Source: Actinomycetota bacterium
Lineage (GTDB): Bacteria; Actinomycetota; Acidimicrobiia; IMCC26256; PALSA-610
DNA length: 64,000 bases
Direction: 5' to 3'
Assembly: GCA_005779395.1 (NCBI GenBank)
Contig: SXJP01000040.1
Span: forward strand, 16,970-80,969
Shown piece by piece: positions 31,094 through 39,016 of this stretch; within the stretch, counting starts at the first letter, position 1, and the number at the start of each line of letters is the position of its first letter. The notes below the pieces were generated by a model. It had not been told where the DNA came from, did not search any database, and was given only the letters and a program-made list of their open reading frames with translations. A program made the translations under genes and the position numbers.

Positions 31094-32389
31094 TTAGCTC
31101 GACGAGTCGGTGTCGGTTGGAACTTGTTCTTCGAGTGCAAACAATTCCCGCACTGCATCGACATACAGGTCGCCGCGATCCGTGCCAGCGGATTCCTTAA
31201 GGCGTGTGGTCGGTTCGTGCAACAATTTCTTGATTACGCCGTCGACGAGCGATTCGATAACCGCTGTTACTTCGGGACCGAGGGAGGAGAGTTTGCTTGC
31301 GAACCGCTGTAGCTCGGCGGTGCGGATGTCTCGACTCTGCTTGTGTAGCGCCCCTATAACCGGAGCGACGATCCGTTGCCTGCGTTCATCGAGATACCGG
31401 TCCACAGAGTCAACAATGATTTCGTGTGCCCGAGTGATATCAACTTTTCGGCGTTCGCTGCTCCGTTGCGCGAAGTCTTTGAGATCGTCGAGATCTAAGA
31501 GCGTCACACCGTCGATTTCTGACACACCGTGATCGAAGTCACGCGGCAGCGCAATGTCCACGATCAGCAAGGGCCTGTCGGCGCGCGCCTGCATCGCTGC
31601 CTCAACAACGGAGCGTTCGATCAAGACTTCGCTCGATCCTGTAGATCCGAGCACGAGATCTGCGTTAGCAATTTCGGCTGGGATTCGAGCGAGCGGAATT
31701 ACGCTCCCGCCAACTCGTGTAGCTAGTTCTTCGGCTCGTTCAATCGTGCGATTCGCGATCGTGATTTTTTCGACATCTCGCAACGCAACAGCGAGCGCCA
31801 TGCCCTCGCCCATCTCGCCAGCACCGATAACGAGTACCCGTGCCCCTTCGAGCCCGCCGAGTTGCTCGCTTGCAACAGCAACCGCCGCCGAAGAAACCGA
31901 GACCGGATGGCGGTTGATTTCGGTCTCTGTCCGCACGCGTTTGCCGGCCTCAATCGCGTGGCGAAAGACGTAGCCGAGCAATGTCGAAGATGTAGCAGCA
32001 GCATTCGCGTCCTGCCATGCTTCGCGCACTTGCCCGAGAATCTCGTTCTCGCCGACGATGAGTGAGTCGAGTCCAGCAGCAACCGTAAACAAATGTGTGA
32101 CGGCGACGTCGTCGAAGTGCGTGTAGGCGTGCTCCGTTAGATCGACGACGGTCGCTCCGCTGTAGTCGGAGAGAAACTGCAAGATGTCATCGACTGCCGC
32201 GTGGAATCGTGTGCAATATGCGTAAATCTCGGTTCGGTTGCAGGTAGAGAGGATCGCTACTTCGATTAGGTGTTCGCGGCTCTCGAGGTCATGCAATGCC
32301 TTTGGAAGCGCTACGGTCGGGATCGACAGTCGCTCGAGGAGTTCAACTGGCACTGTTTTGTGGTTCAGTCCGACAACGATCAAAGACAT
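31094..32389 (-). CDS. hemA: Glutamyl-tRNA reductase
   Basis: GLNHKT, LSTCNRTE, GLDSLIVGENEILGQ, GAGEMG, DIALPRD. Confidence 0.96.
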   Translation of the reverse strand: MSLIVVGLNHKTVPVELLERLSIPTVALPKALHDLESREHLIEVAILSTCNRTEIYAYCTRFHAAVDDILQFLSDYSGATVVDLTEHAYTHFDDVAVTHLFTVAAGLDSLIVGENEILGQVREAWQDANAAATSSTLLGYVFRHAIEAGKRVRTETEINRHPVSVSSAAVAVASEQLGGLEGARVLVIGAGEMGEGMALAVALRDVEKITIANRTIERAEELATRVGGSVIPLARIPAEIANADLVLGSTGSSEVLIERSVVEAAMQARADRPLLIVDIALPRDFDHGVSEIDGVTLLDLDDLKDFAQRSSERRKVDITRAHEIIVDSVDRYLDERRQRIVAPVIGALHKQSRDIRTAELQRFASKLSSLGPEVTAVIESLVDGVIKKLLHEPTTRLKESAGTDRGDLYVDAVRELFALEEQVPTDTDSSS

Positions 32390-33024
32390 GAGTTCAACAA
32401 CTCCTTCGCCTCGTCGACTCGACCCGATTTTACAAGGTCAACAATGCCCGAATCGAGTGCCAGACGCCAATTCGCATCCTCGGAGGAACGGCCTAATGAC
32501 CGCAGCGACTCCCGCGCCTCGGCGAAAATATCGAGCAGTGTCGAATACTCCGGACCTATCTCTTGCTGCAAGATTTCTTTCAGCCATTTTGCGATTGCGG
32601 GGCTGCGCCCGCCTGTGCCTAAAGCCACCACTAAGTCACCCTGTCGCACTACTGACATCAGCGTGAACGAGCAGTGTGCAGGATCATCTGCGCTATTGCA
32701 AAAGAGGTTGCGAGCTTCCGCCTCGGCGTGAACCGCGGCGTCGACGTCGAGGTCGCCTGTGGCCGTTAGAACAAGCCATGCGCCGTCAAGGTCTTGCGTT
32801 TCGAACGATTTCAACGCGACCGTGACCTTGCCTTCGCGCTCGAGCAAAGCAATCGCATCAATAATTTCTAACGCAATAACTCGAACGAGTGCTCCGACGT
32901 TTACGAGGTCAGCGATTTTTCGTGCAGCTATGCGTCCACCGCCTACAACAACAATTTTCCGACCAGCTAAAAGCAAGTTGACGGGCAACCCGACAAGCGC
33001 AGGACGGCCAGAGGTCGCACTCAC
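32380..33024 (-). CDS. Precorrin-2 dehydrogenase/sirohydrochlorin ferrochelatase (SirC/Met8/CysG N-terminal type)
   Basis: VVGGGRIAARK, CNSADDPAHCSF, GTGGRSPA. Confidence 0.88.
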   Translation of the reverse strand: MSATSGRPALVGLPVNLLLAGRKIVVVGGGRIAARKIADLVNVGALVRVIALEIIDAIALLEREGKVTVALKSFETQDLDGAWLVLTATGDLDVDAAVHAEAEARNLFCNSADDPAHCSFTLMSVVRQGDLVVALGTGGRSPAIAKWLKEILQQEIGPEYSTLLDIFAEARESLRSLGRSSEDANWRLALDSGIVDLVKSGRVDEAKELLNSCL

Positions 33025-33704
33025 GAAGGGCCCGTCCCATTCGCGGAACCGTTGTTCCCATTTCCATTTCGAAGTTGATAGAAACTCAAGATCTGCAGTT
33101 CCGTCGCTAGATCAACCTTACGTACAGCGACGCCGTCTGGGACGCTCAACATGCCACTCGCGAAGTTAAGGATCGACTTGACGCCGGCTTCCACGAGCGT
33201 GTCTGCAACATTCTGAGATTCTGATTGTGGTGTTGCAATAATCGCGATCGTGACTTTTTCGCGTTCACAGATGGTTGTAAGTTCGGTCACTGGTTCGATC
33301 TCAAGGTCGGCGACTTTCTGCCCAACTTTCGAACTGTCCGCGTCTGCGAGCGCAACTACCCGAAATCCGCGCGCACCGAAGCCGCGATAGTTCGCGAGAG
33401 CAGCGCCAAGATTTCCGATGCCTACGATCACGCATGGCCAGTCCTGGGTGAGGCCAAGCTCGCGAGCAATTTCATGCAACAAATATTCGATGTCATAGCC
33501 GACACCGCGTGTGCCGAAAGAGCCGAGGTAAGACAGATCCTTGCGAACTTTCGCTGCATTTACACCCGCTAGTTCGGCGAGCCTGTCTGAAGAAATGGTG
33601 ACGAGACCCGTACCCGTGTTCTCGAGCAACACCCTGTAATACTGAGGAAGTCGCGAGACGGTCGCCTCAGGGATGCGTCGGCCTGATTCTGTTGGCACAA
33701 GCAC
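33021..33704 (-). CDS. rex: Redox-sensing transcriptional repressor Rex
   Basis: IPEATVSRLPQY, VRKDLSYLGSFGTRGVGY, VGIGNLG, ILNFA; start may be GTG 33698. Confidence 0.96.
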   Translation of the reverse strand: MLVPTESGRRIPEATVSRLPQYYRVLLENTGTGLVTISSDRLAELAGVNAAKVRKDLSYLGSFGTRGVGYDIEYLLHEIARELGLTQDWPCVIVGIGNLGAALANYRGFGARGFRVVALADADSSKVGQKVADLEIEPVTELTTICEREKVTIAIIATPQSESQNVADTLVEAGVKSILNFASGMLSVPDGVAVRKVDLATELQILSFYQLRNGNGNNGSANGTGPS

Positions 33705-33767
33705 TCCTGATGATGCGACACCTGCGCTGCAGGCGAGTCCGGTGGGTTGGGCTCAACGGTAGCCACC

Positions 33768-33785
33768 TTGTGATCATTTTCTCTA
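33768..33785. promoter_or_regulatory. Putative Rex operator
   Basis: TTGTGAT-CATT-TTCTCTA versus consensus TTGTGAA-N4-TTCACAA (3 mismatches), upstream of rex-hem. Confidence 0.5.
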
Positions 33786-33803
33786 AGTCTGGAGTGGCCT
33801 GTA

Positions 33804-34538
33804 ATGTCGGCTTCGATGGTGAGCGTTTGGGCGGCAATTGCAGCGGTTGTCGCAACAATCTTCGCTCAGGCAACATCGGTGCGCTTTCACCAGCGCCGAG
33901 CACCCCATGAACTCGCATGGACGATCGCCCTCGCGATGTTTGCTTTAGCTGCCGTCGCACTGTTTCTCGGCGATTCAACCGGTTGGGACAATGGCACCTA
34001 CCGGGCGTTCTACCTTCTCGGCGCAATCTTGAACGTGCCTTGGCTTGCCATGGGCACGATCCATCTCCTTGCTCCGTCTCGGATTGCGTTACGCATCAGA
34101 GCCGGTCTGATTTTCGTGACCGGGATGGCCGTCGGCACGATGCTCGCTAGCCCAATCCGCGGAACCCTGGTAGCTGGCCACATCCCTCAAGGGCGATATC
34201 ACTTCGATGCATTGCCGCGAATTCTCGCTGGCGCTAGCTCTGGGACCGGCGCGCTGATTCTGTTTAGCGGTGCTGTGATTTCTGGTTGGCGGTGGAAACG
34301 CAGACGTGGCGAAGCAGGAGCGACCCGCTTGGCTTACTCGAACTTGCTTATTGCTACCGGGACTTTGGTCTTATCGAGTGGCGGTCTAGTGAAAGGTTGG
34401 ATCGCTGTCGACGCAGACGAAGCCTTCGCTATGTGCACAGCAATCGGGATCAGCATCGTCTATTCCGGATTCTGGGCTGCATCGGCTCGACCGCCTGCAC
34501 GTAGCGCGCGCCGCAATACCTTGCCGGCAAAAGTCTGA
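33804..34538 (+). CDS. Hypothetical polytopic membrane protein (about 7 TM)
   Basis: Multiple hydrophobic segments; YRAFYLLGAILNVPWLAMGT. Confidence 0.75.
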   Translation: MSASMVSVWAAIAAVVATIFAQATSVRFHQRRAPHELAWTIALAMFALAAVALFLGDSTGWDNGTYRAFYLLGAILNVPWLAMGTIHLLAPSRIALRIRAGLIFVTGMAVGTMLASPIRGTLVAGHIPQGRYHFDALPRILAGASSGTGALILFSGAVISGWRWKRRRGEAGATRLAYSNLLIATGTLVLSSGGLVKGWIAVDADEAFAMCTAIGISIVYSGFWAASARPPARSARRNTLPAKV

Positions 34539-35932
34539 GGTAATTCGCTCACAAACTTGTAGTCACGCGGGATCTTGTAGCGAGCGATCCTGGATCGCAA
34601 GAACTGGTCGAGTTCAATTGGGGAAGGGAGAGAACCAGACTTTGCGACTACATACGCGACAACACGTTCGTTGCCGTTGTCTTCTCGTTCACCGACCACG
34701 GCCACGGCTTCTATCGACGCATGGCTAGCAAGTGCTAACTCAACTTCGCCTGGATAGACATTAAAGCCCGAGACGATGATTAGGTCTTTGGCGCGATCGA
34801 CCAAGGTGAGCCAACCGTCATCGTCTCTCACCGCGATATCACCAGTATGTAGCCAGCCATCTCTCAAGACTTTCTCGGATTGCTCGCGGTCATTCCAGTA
34901 GCCGCAGAAAACATTGGGGCCTTTGATGAGAATTTCACCTGGGTCCCCGCTGACGGCGTCTAAGCCGTCTTTATCGACGAGCCTGATTGCAATTCCGGGT
35001 AACGGTGGCCCGATCGATCCCGGTCGCGTCGCGGATCCGATGGCCGTCGTCGTGACAATGGGCGAGGCTTCAGTAAGCCCGTACCCCTCCTGTACGACGA
35101 GCCCAAAGTTCTCTACGAGTGCGCCCTGCAGAACCCCGCCGAGTTCCGCTGCGCCAGATACGGCTAGCCGGACGGTCGCGAACGCATCGCCGCCGATTTC
35201 GGCGCGATGGTCGAGCCATGTTCGATAAATAGCAGGTACAGCAGCAACGACTGTTACGCCATGGGTTCGAATTGACTCGGCCGATCTGACCGGATGAAAG
35301 GTTCCGCTGATCACTAGCGCGGCACGCGACGCGAGCGCGAGACCGATTACGACATTCAGACCGAATATGTGAAAGAAGGGCAACACTGCAAGGCCGACAT
35401 CGTCTGCTCGCATCGCCAAGCCCGCAGTGTCTTGCACTTGGCGAATATTCGCGATGAGGTTGCCGTGGGTCAGTATCGCTGCCTTCGGCATGCCAGCTGT
35501 CCCAGATGTGAATAGCAGAACGGCAATGTCTTCGGGATTACGCGGCGTACAAGCTTCGGACGGAGTCGCTTGGCGCGCCGTAGAGATCTCCATTCTCGCG
35601 ACCTCCGGAAGCGGTGGCACATGACCGTTGCCACAGAGGACTAAACCAGGCTCGATCACGTCAAGTTCGGTCGCAAGTTCGGCGGCTGGGGCGCTCGGAT
35701 TCAATGGCACAGCAACCCGCCCTGCGAGCAATATCCCTAGGTACGCAGCAATAAAGTCTTCGCCGTTGTCGGCCAGAATCACGATCCGCGCTTCGGGCGC
35801 ACTATTAGCTTCGACAGCCCCGGCGACTCGAGATGCCTCTTCTGCGAGTTGAGATCTGCTCCAGGTTGCAGTTGGAGTAACGATTGCTGTTGCACCGCTC
35901 GGGTCAGCCAACAATAATTCGACGAGATTCAC
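34460..35932 (-). CDS. Long-chain acyl-CoA synthetase (AMP-binding family)
   Basis: FTSGTAGMPK, EGYGLTE, WLHTGD, RAKDLIIVSGFNVYPGEVE, GKVLR. Confidence 0.9.
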   Translation of the reverse strand: MNLVELLLADPSGATAIVTPTATWSRSQLAEEASRVAGAVEANSAPEARIVILADNGEDFIAAYLGILLAGRVAVPLNPSAPAAELATELDVIEPGLVLCGNGHVPPLPEVARMEISTARQATPSEACTPRNPEDIAVLLFTSGTAGMPKAAILTHGNLIANIRQVQDTAGLAMRADDVGLAVLPFFHIFGLNVVIGLALASRAALVISGTFHPVRSAESIRTHGVTVVAAVPAIYRTWLDHRAEIGGDAFATVRLAVSGAAELGGVLQGALVENFGLVVQEGYGLTEASPIVTTTAIGSATRPGSIGPPLPGIAIRLVDKDGLDAVSGDPGEILIKGPNVFCGYWNDREQSEKVLRDGWLHTGDIAVRDDDGWLTLVDRAKDLIIVSGFNVYPGEVELALASHASIEAVAVVGEREDNGNERVVAYVVAKSGSLPSPIELDQFLRSRIARYKIPRDYKFVSELPQTFAGKVLRRALRAGGRADAAQNPE

Positions 35933-36052
35933 GGTCGGCGAGCCTAACGAATGGAACAAGTGCTGCGTCGAAGGGCGCCCGTCGCAAAAATCTCACTCTA
36001 AGTGAGAAAATTTCTCAAGACTCGCGCGGTGCGTGTCGTAAATAATTTTACG

Positions 36053-36220
36053 CTCGCAGGGTTCCCCACTCCCTGTCGAGGCACAGAACCGGGGTTCCGG
36101 AGACGTGGCGTGGGCGTGTGACTCAACGCGGAGATTCCGCAACGGGTCGCACACGTAGCCTCCCAGCCCGCCCCAGAAGCGTCCACGCAGGCGGCCGGAA
36201 CCCCGATAGTTCTCTTCTAA
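36053..36220 (+). ncRNA. Putative structured small RNA (unassigned family)
   Basis: Nested stems 36090-36100/36195-36205, 36108-36115/36181-36188, 36116-36124/36144-36152, 36128-36132/36136-36140, plus 5' hairpin 36053-36080; G-U pairs favour the + strand. Confidence 0.55.
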
Positions 36221-36229
36221 AGCCAGCCC

Positions 36230-36316
36230 TCAGGCGATCTTGAAAAACATGATCAAGTTGGCGATCAGTATCGCCGCGATCAGACAGACGATAACGATCG
36301 TTGTTCCTTGTCTCAC
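36230..36316 (-). CDS. Unannotated 28-aa hydrophobic microprotein
   Basis: GTG overlaps the upstream stop (GTGA); MRQGTTIVIVCLIAAILIANLIMFFKIA. Confidence 0.55.
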   Translation of the reverse strand: MRQGTTIVIVCLIAAILIANLIMFFKIA

Positions 36317-37221
36317 TTCGGGTCCACCTTCGTTGTTGTTGGCCTTAAGGCGATGGGCATCTCGGTAACGCTTAACGCCCCTGCTGCGGTCATCGGCACA
36401 ATAACCACCGGAATCCCGGCATCGGCACCTAGGTGTGCCGCAGCACTTTCCTTGTCGAGCACTAACGACAGAAGTCCGCTGCTGTCGGTCAGGATGCAAA
36501 GTTCTGCCGGTCGCGCCTCGGCATAAGTAGTGACCCACCTCGCTATGCGAATTGCTCCGCCGACCTGCACTTCGATCTGGTCACCGAGAAGCACCCCATG
36601 AGCTTCGAGCATTTCCGGATCGATGTTCAGTTGCGCGTTGCCGAAGCGATCAACCCACAACACCTCACCGACAAGTACCCCACCAGGCCCTTCTTGTGGG
36701 AGCGCTACCAAGCCCGGAACGAGTCCACTCGGGTCGACTTGTTCACCGAGTTTTTCGATCGCGATACCTGCCATCAGATGCCCCGCTGCTGGCGCCATCA
36801 CATCTCGGCCCGCAAAGGTCGCTCCGTGAGTCTTGAGTTGGTAATCGGGGTTGGTCAGGGAAAACACGCGCTGTGCTCCTCCGAGCATTGCGACACTCGG
36901 AGCGAGCAGACCGTTGTCTGGCCCGATCAAGACGCCGTTTTCGACCTCTACAGCGACCGAGCGACGTTCGGTACCAACTCCAGGGTCAACAATCGCGAGC
37001 ACGATGCCACTTGGTAAATATTGGATCGCTCTAACGAGACTGAGACCACCACCTCGCACATCAAAAGGCCTAACACCATGGGTTACGTCGATTACGACAA
37101 CCTCTGGAGCTAGCTCCAAGATCACAGCTTTGCAAACACCGACGAACTCGTCTCTGGCACCGAAATCACTGAGAAACGACACAAATTTCGGTGCCTCGTC
37201 GCGTTGTGTAATGCCAGCCAC
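36313..37221 (-). CDS. SAM hydrolase / SAM-dependent halogenase (DUF62) family protein
   Basis: SDFG, IDVTH, VDPGVG..RR, GPDNG, TFAGRD, DRFGN. Confidence 0.9.
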   Translation of the reverse strand: MAGITQRDEAPKFVSFLSDFGARDEFVGVCKAVILELAPEVVVIDVTHGVRPFDVRGGGLSLVRAIQYLPSGIVLAIVDPGVGTERRSVAVEVENGVLIGPDNGLLAPSVAMLGGAQRVFSLTNPDYQLKTHGATFAGRDVMAPAAGHLMAGIAIEKLGEQVDPSGLVPGLVALPQEGPGGVLVGEVLWVDRFGNAQLNIDPEMLEAHGVLLGDQIEVQVGGAIRIARWVTTYAEARPAELCILTDSSGLLSLVLDKESAAAHLGADAGIPVVIVPMTAAGALSVTEMPIALRPTTTKVDPK

Positions 37222-37270
37222 TTAAAGGAACGTATCGGTCGGAGGAGTCCGATAGAGAACTCCGTGATGT

Positions 37271-37465
37271 CTAGCCAGCGCGGGTGTAGTGCTGTTCTAG
37301 GTAGACATCGACGTCAGCATCAGAGACTCGGAATGATCGACCAACGCGAACGGCTGGAAGATCACCGACCTTGATAAGTCGATACACCGTCATCGATGAA
37401 ACGCGCATTAGGTCGGCAACTTCTTGAACCGTCAAGAAACGCGACTTACTCAACTCTTCTGCCAC
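37271..37465 (-). CDS. Excisionase-type HTH DNA-binding protein (Rv0500A-like)
   Basis: FLTVQEVADLMRVSSMTVYRLI..G.LPAVRVGRSFRV; position after proC as in other Actinobacteria. Confidence 0.9.
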   Translation of the reverse strand: MAEELSKSRFLTVQEVADLMRVSSMTVYRLIKVGDLPAVRVGRSFRVSDADVDVYLEQHYTRAG

Positions 37466-37533
37466 ACGTACTCCCTACTCCAAACCGCTTGGCAGTGACA
37501 CTAGAACCACTATGCACCCGTTGTCCAGCGCGC

Positions 37534-38334
37534 TTAATTGCCTAGTTCCTTTGAGCGGCTTGTGGCGGCCGTTACCGCGTCCAAGAATGCGGCCCTAAGG
37601 CCTGCCTTTTCGAGTTCACGTAGGCCGGCTGCTGTCGTTCCACCTGGCGATGTAACCGAAGCACGAAGTTGCTCAGGATCGCGATCGGCGCTCAGTAATG
37701 CTGCAGATCCGGCGAGTGTTTGGATGACGAGATCGGTGGAGATCTCTCGCGAGAGGCCAACGAGCACTCCCGCCTCGATCAGAGCCTCGGCAACAAGAAA
37801 AACGTACGCAGGTCCGGAACCAGAAAGCCCGGTAACAGCATCGAGCATCTTTTCCTCTACCTGGACAACCGTGCCTACAGCGCTCAGCAAACGTACCGCT
37901 AGTTCGACGTCGGTGAGACTCGCATTGGTCCCCGCAGCGATGCCTGCTGCTCCCTGGCGCACAGTCGCTGGGGTATTTGGCATTGCTCTAACTACAGGTC
38001 GCCCCGGTACGGCAGACTCGATCGTAGCGATGGTGACACCAGCAGCGATCGAGATCACGAGCGTCGATTCGCCGAGCGACAGGAGTGCGCCCGAAAGGAC
38101 CTGCCCAACGTCGCTCGGTTTTACGGCAACGACCACAGCATCGGCGTCGGGTACGGCCCACGCAGCGCTCGGGACAACCCGAACTCCACCGAATGCCGCC
38201 TCCAACTCGCGTCTGCGATCGCCGTCGGCCTCTGCTACTACAAGGTGTTCCGGTTCGTATCCGGCATCTAGCCAGCCAGACAAGAGCGCGAAACCCATCT
38301 TGCCGGCACCGAGCAATGCGATAGTCACGCGCAT
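37534..38334 (-). CDS. proC: Pyrroline-5-carboxylate reductase
   Basis: GAGKMG, AVKP, RAMPNTP, GLSGSGPAY, VTSPGGTT. Confidence 0.95.
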   Translation of the reverse strand: MRVTIALLGAGKMGFALLSGWLDAGYEPEHLVVAEADGDRRRELEAAFGGVRVVPSAAWAVPDADAVVVAVKPSDVGQVLSGALLSLGESTLVISIAAGVTIATIESAVPGRPVVRAMPNTPATVRQGAAGIAAGTNASLTDVELAVRLLSAVGTVVQVEEKMLDAVTGLSGSGPAYVFLVAEALIEAGVLVGLSREISTDLVIQTLAGSAALLSADRDPEQLRASVTSPGGTTAAGLRELEKAGLRAAFLDAVTAATSRSKELGN

Positions 38335-38368
38335 GAGATTACGCGTCGTTACGAATCGAATGGTTCGC

Positions 38369-38496
38369 AATAGAAGAGTTACGGGCCCGGGGCAATTTTG
38401 CTAGCCGATCCGATCCTCCCCGATCCGGTCGACCTGCCTGCCCCGAGCCCTACGGCTACCAGGGGTGCCACGCCGGATGCGCGGGCGCCGATAACC
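38369..38496 (-). ncRNA. Putative two-hairpin small RNA or structured leader
   Basis: Starts 7 nt after a -10 box; hairpin 1 at 38454-38496, hairpin 2 at 38383-38450, pyrimidine-rich tail. Confidence 0.6.
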
Positions 38497-38503
38497 AAGC
38501 GCC

Positions 38504-38532
38504 AGCATAGGAGGTGTTGCTATTTAATGCAA
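38504..38532 (-). promoter_or_regulatory. Sigma70/SigA-type promoter TTGCAT-N17-TATGCT with AT-rich upstream tract
   Basis: -35 at 38527-38532, -10 at 38504-38509, exact 17-nt spacer. Confidence 0.7.
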
Positions 38533-38539
38533 CTTATTA

Positions 38540-39007
38540 CTACTTATTGCTATATCCGATTCTTACGGCTGCCTGAAAATACCGTTCCGTCAACACATAC
38601 AGGACCCCGATGACGCGATCTAACTCGGCAGAATCGATGTGCTCGAGCAATATGCGCCCTGTCAGATAAAGGTCGCCGTCGGGGCCTAGGGAAAACTTGG
38701 CGCCGTAAAGGTCGTGGTTCCATCGCAAGGCAGAGCGATACAGCTCGAGATGACCAGATGGTGGATCCGGCAGGAAATACAACTCGTAGTGCAGCGAGCG
38801 CTGGTGGAGATCGAAGTAGATCGTCGCTGCGTCACGACCATCGCAACCGAAGCGGACGTACCAACGCGGGATTGTGGAGTCATACTCGACTGTCTGAACC
38901 CAATCCTCGATCGCTACTGACTGAGTCAAATGCCGGTCAACGAGGGAGTAGACAGCCGCAATTAGTTCTGGAGATGGTGGGGCGCCTTCTTCGTTGTTCG
39001 ATGGCAT
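38540..39007 (-). CDS. YbjN domain (T3SS-chaperone-like) protein
   Basis: Directly after mshA; LR.N..LYG.KFS..DGDLYL.GR...ELDRVIG pattern. Confidence 0.75.
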   Translation of the reverse strand: MPSNNEEGAPPSPELIAAVYSLVDRHLTQSVAIEDWVQTVEYDSTIPRWYVRFGCDGRDAATIYFDLHQRSLHYELYFLPDPPSGHLELYRSALRWNHDLYGAKFSLGPDGDLYLTGRILLEHIDSAELDRVIGVLYVLTERYFQAAVRIGYSNK

Positions 39008-39016
39008 GCAATTCAG

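Noticed and set aside
26551-33704. Siroheme-dependent (Ahb) heme route inferred from the lack of hemE/hemY/hemH/hemQ
   Set aside because: Late-pathway genes may lie outside the window; not decidable here.
36053-36220. SRP RNA, tRNA or Ms1 assignment for the structured element
   Set aside because: No SRP helix-8 motif, no cloverleaf or TTCG loop, and neither the length nor the synteny of Ms1.
37222-37270. Ribosomal protein bS22 gene, usually after the Rv0500A-like gene
   Set aside because: No MGSVIKKRRK-like ORF in the 49-nt gap.
37271-37465. Excisionase as evidence of a prophage or ICE
   Set aside because: Core proC-linked gene; no integrase, att sites or compositional shift.
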